DNA of 40,462 nucleotides from Euryarchaeota archaeon UBA39. GTDB taxonomy: Archaea > Thermoplasmatota > Poseidoniia > Poseidoniales > Thalassarchaeaceae. Shown here one piece after another: positions 17,597-24,253 of this stretch (the first letter of the stretch is position 1; each line of letters begins with the position of its first letter). The stretch is taken from contig DAQW01000056.1 in the NCBI GenBank assembly GCA_002503045.1, positions 575 through 41,036 of the forward strand, given 5' to 3'. A model generated the notes under the pieces. The model was not told the origin of the DNA, did not search any database, and saw only the letters and a program-made list of their open reading frames with translations. The translations under genes and the position numbers were made by a program.

Positions 17597-18667
17597 TTGG
17601 CAAAGAAGAGAGATTTGAAGTCAAAGAAGCAATATGACTTCGAAGGCATGATTCTAACTCCGTGGCAGAAAATTTCTACAACACTTTTTGGAGGTATTTT
17701 TCGAGAGCGTGTTCGTAAAGATCAAGATTTAAGAAAACTGCTAGTTCAAGCCGATATTCGAGTAATGCCGGAAGTATACAAATCTACACAATTAATGAGT
17801 ACAATTGCAGTAATGATTGGATGTGGTGCACTTATGGCACTCGTTTTCTTACCTGGAGCAGGACTAATTGCAATCTATGAATCAATTCAAGACCCTGCAA
17901 CAGTAATGCCTTGTGTCGATTGGGAATTCTGGCATAAAGCAGATATTAATCCATCACAGCCAGGCAATGGATGCCCCCACTATACTACCCAAATGTTCCC
18001 ATTCTTGTGGAAAGCAATTATAGTCATTTTACTTGGTTTAGTAGTTCCTTATTCTGCAAACAAATATTTTGGTAATGAAGCAGAAAGGAAAAGATCTGCT
18101 CGAGCAGAACGATTAGAGAAATATTTGCCATATGCCTCATCTTATACAGCAGCAATGTCAGCTGCAAATGCTACACCAGTAAAGATTTTCAGATCTTTAG
18201 CCAAGAATGGAGAAATTTATGGAGATATTGCATATGATTCTTCGATGGTATATCGTGATATGACATTATTTGGTTATGATATCATTACAGCAGTCAAACT
18301 AGCTGTGGATCGTGCTGCTTCTGTATGGGTAACTGAATTCTTCCAAGGAATGGTTGGAACCCTTTCTTCAGGAGGTAATCTGAAACTATACTTCCTCAAT
18401 AGGGCTGAGCATTATATGAGAGAAAATAGAATCAGACTAACTGTTTTTCTAGAAACTCTTGCAATGTTTGCTGAGACATATATTGTGGTTGCAGTTGCGA
18501 TGCCACTTTTCCTAATTGTTATGCTAGTCATTATGTTCTGGGTTTCAGGAGCAGGATCCCAAATTTCAGAAAATATGGTTTACGGAATAGTGATGGGGCT
18601 ACTTCCGATGATTCATATTGCATATTCCCTATTTGTATGGCTAATGTCTCAAGAAAATGAAATGTAA
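17597..18667 (+). CDS. Type IV filament platform protein with a single T2SF domain (TadB/FlaJ-half-like)
   Basis: TTG start 7 nt after AGGAGG. One T2SSF-type domain (LEKYLPYASSYTAAMSAANATP...FFQGMVGTLSSGGNL) flanked by TM segments. Confidence 0.75.
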   Translation: MAKKRDLKSKKQYDFEGMILTPWQKISTTLFGGIFRERVRKDQDLRKLLVQADIRVMPEVYKSTQLMSTIAVMIGCGALMALVFLPGAGLIAIYESIQDPATVMPCVDWEFWHKADINPSQPGNGCPHYTTQMFPFLWKAIIVILLGLVVPYSANKYFGNEAERKRSARAERLEKYLPYASSYTAAMSAANATPVKIFRSLAKNGEIYGDIAYDSSMVYRDMTLFGYDIITAVKLAVDRAASVWVTEFFQGMVGTLSSGGNLKLYFLNRAEHYMRENRIRLTVFLETLAMFAETYIVVAVAMPLFLIVMLVIMFWVSGAGSQISENMVYGIVMGLLPMIHIAYSLFVWLMSQENEM

Positions 18668-18679
18668 GGAGGTGAAGAA

Positions 18680-20215
18680 ATGGCAAGAAAGAAGGGCAAG
18701 AAGAAAATAAAAGTTAGATTAGAACTACCCAAGGACGATTCTACTGAAACCAACTTCACCATTATTCTTGTTCTAGGTATGATGATTGGCATGAGTTGTA
18801 TGGGATTCTGGATTACTAATGCAGATTTAGTTTTCAAACCGATGAATCAGATGCCTATGTTTCTTAATTTGGCATGTCCAGATTCATTTGATGCAAATGT
18901 TCCTGTTCCACCTACATATGCAGACAATGAATCTTGTTTCCTAACCAGAGAGTCCCCCACTATCGAAACATGGAGTGAAGAATGGGATAAGATAAACTCT
19001 CCTGGTGCAGCCGCTTTTTTTGTAGTTCCTGGAATTGAACAACAAAGGCTTGGAAATTTACCGCATCCACCCCAAACTGCAGATGTCAGTTGTACGGCAG
19101 AAGCAGATAATAGTGGCACGTTTACACTTTCAATTGTTGAAAGAGCCTATGATTTATCGACAACTGTAATTGCATCTCAGGGAATGGTGTCTAACAGTGA
19201 AGAATGTGGCCTAACGAATGTTCCTGTTCAAGCAAATAGACAATACGAGTTATGGGTAGAAGTTCCAGGGGATCAACCATCTATCAGAACTTTTGAATTT
19301 ACATTAAGTGTAGACTCATACGATGGAATTCCTGAAAATATGAACAACAAATCATTATGGATTGGACCTAAGGTTGACCTAGGTCCCTTTTCTCTTCATC
19401 CAACTATTTTCGTAAATTTCTTTGGTCTAGGGCTACTAATCATGGTTTTTCCTGCTGCTTTGTATAGTGATGCTCAAGCTAGGAAAATCAAGGCGATTGA
19501 AGACAAATTTCCTGATTTCCTTAGAGATTTGGCAGAATATTGGAAGGGAGGATTGTCAATGGTGGTATCCGTAAGAACCCTAGCAAGATCAGAATATGGC
19601 GCTTTGAACAATGATATTCAGAAAATGTCGGACCAATTATCATGGGGAATTCCATTTGGTGATGTAATGAAGATGTTTGCAAACAGAGTAAACACACCAT
19701 TGGTTCATAGGGCGGTTTCTCTAATTGATGAAGCCAACAAAGCGGGTGGGAAAATATCTGATATCTTAGTTACCGCCGCAAACGATTCAAGAGAAATTAA
19801 ATTCTTAGAAGGCGAAAGAGTTCGGGCTATTGCTTCATACATTTCAGTAATCTGGGTGTCATATCTTGTTTTCATGGGAGTAATTGTAGTTCTTTCCAAA
19901 GTTTTCATACCTGCAATTGCTAGTTCAAACAGTGGAGGAGAATCCGAAAGTATTGGTAACATGCAAATCAACGCTGTTGATCCATTATTCTTCCTGGTTG
20001 TTTTCTTTTATGGAGTATCAGCACAAGCAGTTGGAAATGGAGCTATGGCTGGATTAATGGCAACAGGAAGATTAGCAAATGGGATGAAGCATTCAGGATA
20101 TATGCTGATTCTTGCGCTTTTTGCGTTTAACTTCGTTGCATTCTCTCCTGATTTAATTGGAGTTCCAATGTCAGAAGGCTTAGTGCATTCCATTGGTAGA
20201 ATGGCTCCAGGGTGA
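18680..20215 (+). CDS. Type IV filament platform protein with a single T2SF domain (TadC/FlaJ-half-like) and a large extracytoplasmic insert
   Basis: AGGAGG upstream. The order is N-terminal TM, a roughly 190-aa non-hydrophobic Cys-containing segment, then a T2SSF-type domain (DKFPDFLRDLAEYWKGGLSM...LIDEANKAGGKISDIL) and C-terminal TMs. Confidence 0.75.
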   Translation: MARKKGKKKIKVRLELPKDDSTETNFTIILVLGMMIGMSCMGFWITNADLVFKPMNQMPMFLNLACPDSFDANVPVPPTYADNESCFLTRESPTIETWSEEWDKINSPGAAAFFVVPGIEQQRLGNLPHPPQTADVSCTAEADNSGTFTLSIVERAYDLSTTVIASQGMVSNSEECGLTNVPVQANRQYELWVEVPGDQPSIRTFEFTLSVDSYDGIPENMNNKSLWIGPKVDLGPFSLHPTIFVNFFGLGLLIMVFPAALYSDAQARKIKAIEDKFPDFLRDLAEYWKGGLSMVVSVRTLARSEYGALNNDIQKMSDQLSWGIPFGDVMKMFANRVNTPLVHRAVSLIDEANKAGGKISDILVTAANDSREIKFLEGERVRAIASYISVIWVSYLVFMGVIVVLSKVFIPAIASSNSGGESESIGNMQINAVDPLFFLVVFFYGVSAQAVGNGAMAGLMATGRLANGMKHSGYMLILALFAFNFVAFSPDLIGVPMSEGLVHSIGRMAPG

Positions 20216-20219
20216 TATA

Positions 20220-20666
20220 ATGGAGAAATCGGCAAAATCAACAGATGCCCAAGTCCATATGATAGAGATGATTACTCTATTTTGGCTATTCTTTCTTTGC
20301 GCTGCTTTTGTCATTCAATTACAAGTTCCTGATACAAATCCTATCGCCTCAGATTCAGCATTACTAATTGCTGCAGAAGATGCTCATGCTCTTGCTTCAG
20401 CAGAAATTGATGAAAATGGGAATTTCACAATGACTACTCATTTAGCCGCTGAAGAACGGGAGGAGGCCTGTACCATTCTTCTCAATAGTTTACCTGAAAC
20501 TGTAACTGGAAATTGTTGGTTAGCAGTTGATGCAGAACCAATGGGGCGAGAAGGCATTGGAGAAATCCCTCCTGGACAAAGTCTCACAGTAATGCATTTA
20601 CATTCTGTCAATGGACATCTTTGGACCATAGGATTACAGGTTTGGCATATTGGAAGTGGTGCATAA
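20220..20666 (+). CDS. Prepilin-like protein with a class III (type IV pilin) signal peptide
   Basis: MEKSAKSTDA|QVHMIEMITLFWLFFLCAAFVIQL has a short polar leader, D-A-Q, then a hydrophobic helix. AGGGTGA lies 5 nt upstream of ATG 20220. The track start at 20193 overlaps the upstream gene. Confidence 0.6.
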   Translation: MEKSAKSTDAQVHMIEMITLFWLFFLCAAFVIQLQVPDTNPIASDSALLIAAEDAHALASAEIDENGNFTMTTHLAAEEREEACTILLNSLPETVTGNCWLAVDAEPMGREGIGEIPPGQSLTVMHLHSVNGHLWTIGLQVWHIGSGA

Positions 20667-21094
20667 TGAATCGAAGTATGCGAAATGATGATGCTCAAAT
20701 GTTGTTGGCTACTGGGGTTGTACTTCTTCTCGCTCTTCTTTCTATGTCGATTTATGGAGTGAAAGTAGTGGGGATGGGTGAGCCGTATGATCCATCGGAT
20801 GATGCTGTACTTCATACAGCAGCAGAAGTAGACGAAGTTTGGGAACACACAATTCAATCAAGAATAACTAACTTAGAGGGTCTCGGGACTAATTTAGAAA
20901 TCTGTAATGATGCTGCGAAAAGTGTGCAAAGTGACCTTGTACGTCATGGAGAGCATAGAGGCGTAGAAGTGATTTTGGTGGGACTTAACGTCTCCATAGA
21001 TGGGAACGAATGTCATGTTTCTGCTGAAGCAGGAATTGCAGATAGAAATAGCCGGATGCTATTGATGCTAGAAGCAACAGTATTGTTACCATAA
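20666..21094 (+). CDS. Prepilin-like protein with a class III (type IV pilin) signal peptide
   Basis: MNRSMRNDDA|QMLLATGVVLLLALLSMSIYGV carries the same D-A-Q junction. A TAATG overlap links it to the previous gene. The track start at 20621 is probably too early. Confidence 0.6.
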   Translation: MNRSMRNDDAQMLLATGVVLLLALLSMSIYGVKVVGMGEPYDPSDDAVLHTAAEVDEVWEHTIQSRITNLEGLGTNLEICNDAAKSVQSDLVRHGEHRGVEVILVGLNVSIDGNECHVSAEAGIADRNSRMLLMLEATVLLP

Positions 21095-21703
21095 TCATTC
21101 TAGATTTTGACGGATTCTCAATAGTGGATCATCGTGAAGTAACGGATCTATGCGTATCCAATCTGCTACTCTAGCCCGTTCCATTATTGCTCGTTGAATC
21201 GCTCTGATTCGATCAAATGCTAAAACATAACGAGATGAACCGCGATATGTTCCTTCTTCTCTTTTCATAATAAATTCTCTATGTTGATTTTCAGCATCAG
21301 CTGTTGCCACAATACCAATTGCTCTACCACCTGCTTCTCTCCAGTCCCTTAACCAAGAGGATTTGGGAATAATGTGGACACCCTCAATTACTAAATCTAC
21401 ACCCTGTGCTCTAGCTCTGTCAATTACTGCATCAATTCCTTTCTCTACAACTTCTGATGCGTCTAACCAATCATTAACTGGGTCTCCTGTTTCTCCCTTT
21501 GAATAAGAAGAACGATGCAACGCTGGAGATTCATTCATTCCAGTATTGCATCGTAACACTTCTCTAATTGTATCAGTAGATACACATCGACTAAAATCAA
21601 GTTCATGTGCTACCATATGAGCTAATGTAGATTTTCCAGTCCCTGTAGCGCCTGCTATAATTGCCAAACGAGGAACTCGAGTTCTCTGTAATTCCTCTTT
21701 CAT
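21095..21703 (-). CDS. 2-phosphoglycerate kinase-like P-loop kinase (short form)
   Basis: IAGATGTGKSTLAHMVAHEL followed by VSTDTIREVLR, the pattern of the archaeal 2PGK family. Confidence 0.65.
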   Translation of the reverse strand: MKEELQRTRVPRLAIIAGATGTGKSTLAHMVAHELDFSRCVSTDTIREVLRCNTGMNESPALHRSSYSKGETGDPVNDWLDASEVVEKGIDAVIDRARAQGVDLVIEGVHIIPKSSWLRDWREAGGRAIGIVATADAENQHREFIMKREEGTYRGSSRYVLAFDRIRAIQRAIMERARVADWIRIDPLLHDDPLLRIRQNLE

Positions 21704-21737
21704 GATTTACACCAATTCTTTACTATTCTTGAGATAA

Positions 21738-22211
21738 TCAAATTAAATGATTTACAATATCATCAACAGATTGACTTTTTCCACAATATGCACATCTAAG
21801 TTCAAGAGGATTGGTTGAATGAACTAAAATTCTGTGAGGAAGGGGTTCCCTTGGATTCGTAGTAATACAGTTAGAAAACGAACAACGTGCTAAGTTAGTT
21901 AATTCTGAACCAAGTACTACTTCTCTTTTCTCAGCAACTCGATAATCTCGAATTATTGCTACTGATGCATTAGGTGCAATTATTGCTAATCTATCTAACT
22001 CTTCTTGAGTTAATTCTCTATCTTCTACTTTCATAACATCCTTTCTGTCTAACTTCTTACTTGGAACATTCATTACCAAAGAAATCGGAGTGCTACGACT
22101 ATCAAGTAATCCTAACATTCCTAAAACCTTCAATGCTGAACCAGCTGGTACATGATCTATCACAGTACCATTCTGAATGGCTGTTACCCTACGCATTCCT
22201 TCCTCACTCAT
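21738..22211 (-). CDS. pyrI: Aspartate carbamoyltransferase regulatory subunit
   Basis: VTAIQNGTVIDHVPAG N-domain and a C-terminal Zn domain with C..C....C..C (CSFSNC ... CAYCGK). ATGA overlap with pyrB. Confidence 0.9.
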   Translation of the reverse strand: MSEEGMRRVTAIQNGTVIDHVPAGSALKVLGMLGLLDSRSTPISLVMNVPSKKLDRKDVMKVEDRELTQEELDRLAIIAPNASVAIIRDYRVAEKREVVLGSELTNLARCSFSNCITTNPREPLPHRILVHSTNPLELRCAYCGKSQSVDDIVNHLI

Positions 22212-23143
22212 TCACTCACCACCTCTGGAACTTCAACTCCAAGTAAACGACATAATAACGACATTCTAGCGACTACACCATAGAATGCTTGTTCGAAATA
22301 CTTCGCATGAACAGTAGAATCCACATCTGGAGAAATTTCATCGACACGAGGTAATGGGTGCATGATTATCATATTCTTCTTTGCTGAAACTAAATCAGAT
22401 TGATTCAATTTGAAGACTCCTGCAACCTTTTGATATTCATCTTCATCAGGGAATCTTTCCTTCTGAATCCGAGTCATATAGATCACATCTAATTGTTCGA
22501 TTGATCCATGAAGGTCTTCGGTTTCTGTGATAGATGTTCCTGAACTACGAAGATCAGTAACTATTTCCTCCGGCATAGTCAAAGAAGATGGTGAAATAAA
22601 AGTCAATGAACATCCAAAACGTGCAAGTGCTTCGGATAAACTGTGGACTGTGCGGCCATATCTAAGATCGCCTACTAACGCAACATTAAGCCCCTCCAAT
22701 GTACCATGGCAAGTACGAATAGTAAACAAATCCAGAAGTGTTTGTGTTGGATGATGTCCAGCTCCATCTCCTGCATTAATTACAGGAATGTTGACTGCAT
22801 TTGATGAATAACGTGCTGCTCCTTGACGTGGATGGCGAATAACTGCGATATCTGCATATCCATCCATCATCTGCATAGTATCATACAATGTCTCACCTTT
22901 AACAACAGATGAATTCGCAACGTCGCCTAGGTTCAGAACTGCCCCTCCGAGTCTTTTCATTGCAGTTTCAAAGGACATTCTTGTTCGGGTGGAAGGTTCA
23001 AAGAAAAGATTGGCTAAAACCTTACCAGCAAGGATTGGTAAGTGGGTTTCACCTCTCGCTATTGGTAACATTCTTTCTGCGTCATCAAGTATAGACAATA
23101 TCTCTTCATTCGTTAGGTCATCCACAGTGATTAGGCTACTCAT
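22208..23143 (-). CDS. pyrB: Aspartate carbamoyltransferase catalytic subunit
   Basis: FFEPSTRTR, HPTQ and HPLPR motifs. ATG at 23141-23143 (MSSLITVDDL...) gives 311 aa. The extra 64 codons in the track ORF (to 23335) lie in a G+C-rich leader and look non-coding. Confidence 0.9.
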   Translation of the reverse strand: MSSLITVDDLTNEEILSILDDAERMLPIARGETHLPILAGKVLANLFFEPSTRTRMSFETAMKRLGGAVLNLGDVANSSVVKGETLYDTMQMMDGYADIAVIRHPRQGAARYSSNAVNIPVINAGDGAGHHPTQTLLDLFTIRTCHGTLEGLNVALVGDLRYGRTVHSLSEALARFGCSLTFISPSSLTMPEEIVTDLRSSGTSITETEDLHGSIEQLDVIYMTRIQKERFPDEDEYQKVAGVFKLNQSDLVSAKKNMIIMHPLPRVDEISPDVDSTVHAKYFEQAFYGVVARMSLLCRLLGVEVPEVVSE

Positions 23144-23152
23144 GCTCGTCCC

Positions 23153-23191
23153 CTTCCCCGTAGGGGAAGAACTTCGACCATATTCCTTCCC
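23153..23191 (-). promoter_or_regulatory. pyrBI leader with mutually exclusive pairings (GGGAAG / CUUCCCC / GGGGAAG)
   Basis: On the pyrB-sense RNA, CUUCCCC (23169-23163) can pair with GGGGAAG (23159-23153) to form a 7-bp stem with a UAC triloop ending 9 nt before the AUG. Alternatively it can pair with the upstream GGGAAG (23191-23186). Confidence 0.4.
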
Positions 23192-23257
23192 GTTGAATTG
23201 CCATCTTTCTTCACGGCACTCCGTCGGCTTGATGTGAGGGGACTGGGTCCCAGTACC

Positions 23258-24253
23258 ATGCTGATTAGTAGGACGCCGGTTCGAGCATCCTTCTGCGGGG
23301 GCGGAAGCGACCTCGCAGCATTCTATGAGAATCATCCAGATGGGGGAGCAGTAACTTCTCTAGCCATGGCTCGTTATCTATATATCACTGTAAATCCTAG
23401 ATTTGATGATTCAATCAGAATCTCATATTCATCAATGGAATTTGTAGATGACATAAATGAAATTCAACATGAATTAGTTCGCGAAGCAATGATTTCTACT
23501 GGAGTAACTTCAGGGGTTGAAATTACCACAATAGCAGATATCCCTTCCCGAGGTACCGGACTAGGATCATCTTCTGCAGTTACGATTGGTCTCCTCAATG
23601 CATTGTCATCTTTGGCAGGAAATCCAATGTCTTCTGAAGAATTAGCAAAAGAAGCATGTAGAATAGAAATTGATGTTCTTGGTCAACCTATAGGGAAGCA
23701 AGATCAATATGCAGCTGCAATAGGAGGTGTAAACACAATCGGATTTCTACCAGATGGTTCTGTAAGTGTAGATCCATTATCTCTGTCAGAAAATACCAAG
23801 CAGCGAATTGAAAACGAGTTTTGTTTAGTTTATACTGGATTAACTCGTTCAGCAAATTCTGTTCTCTCAAAACAAAAAGAAATGACTGCAGATAGAATGA
23901 ATGAATTATCAACACTAAGACTCCAAGCTTTCCAAGTTAGATCCGCATTAGAAGATGGACGACTAAATGAAGTAGGTAAATTACTTGAAGAATCTTGGCA
24001 AATCAAACGAACGCTTGTAGATGGAATTTCAGGAGAATTACTGGACAATCTACATGATAAATTGATTGATGCGGGAGCTACTGGGGCAAAACTACTTGGC
24101 GCAGGAGGCGGGGGTTTTTTCTTAGTTCATGGTGACCTAGAGATGAAAGAACGATTAGAAAATTCTCTTAATCCAGAAAATAGAGTTCTTCCGTTATTAA
24201 TCGATTATGATGGATCAACCATCATTCATGATGATGGGAAACGATGGGGGTGA
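23258..24253 (+). CDS. GHMP-family sugar(-phosphate) kinase (heptose-7-phosphate / fucose kinase-like)
   Basis: N-terminal RTPVRASFCGGGSDL, GHMP motif II PSRGTGLGSSSAV and C-terminal GAKLLGAGGGGF. ATG at 23258 is preferred over the track start at 23198. Confidence 0.8.
   Translation: MLISRTPVRASFCGGGSDLAAFYENHPDGGAVTSLAMARYLYITVNPRFDDSIRISYSSMEFVDDINEIQHELVREAMISTGVTSGVEITTIADIPSRGTGLGSSSAVTIGLLNALSSLAGNPMSSEELAKEACRIEIDVLGQPIGKQDQYAAAIGGVNTIGFLPDGSVSVDPLSLSENTKQRIENEFCLVYTGLTRSANSVLSKQKEMTADRMNELSTLRLQAFQVRSALEDGRLNEVGKLLEESWQIKRTLVDGISGELLDNLHDKLIDAGATGAKLLGAGGGGFFLVHGDLEMKERLENSLNPENRVLPLLIDYDGSTIIHDDGKRWG

Noticed and set aside
16052-21094. Calling the filament operon an archaellum (motility) locus.
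   Set aside because: No archaellin (FlaB), FlaH, FlaF/G or FlaCDE-like genes are present. The platform is split in the Tad manner, and the small subunits look like pilins.
23144-23335. The 64-codon N-terminal extension of pyrB and the 20-codon extension of the GHMP kinase in the ORF track. Also a T-loop-like GGTTCGAGC at about 23278 that might suggest a tRNA.
   Set aside because: Both extensions overlap each other on opposite strands within a G+C-rich leader and lack family-like sequence. Canonical N-termini begin at 23143 and 23258. The T-loop-like string lies in the conserved RTPVRASFCGGGSD motif of the kinase, and no cloverleaf can be drawn around it.
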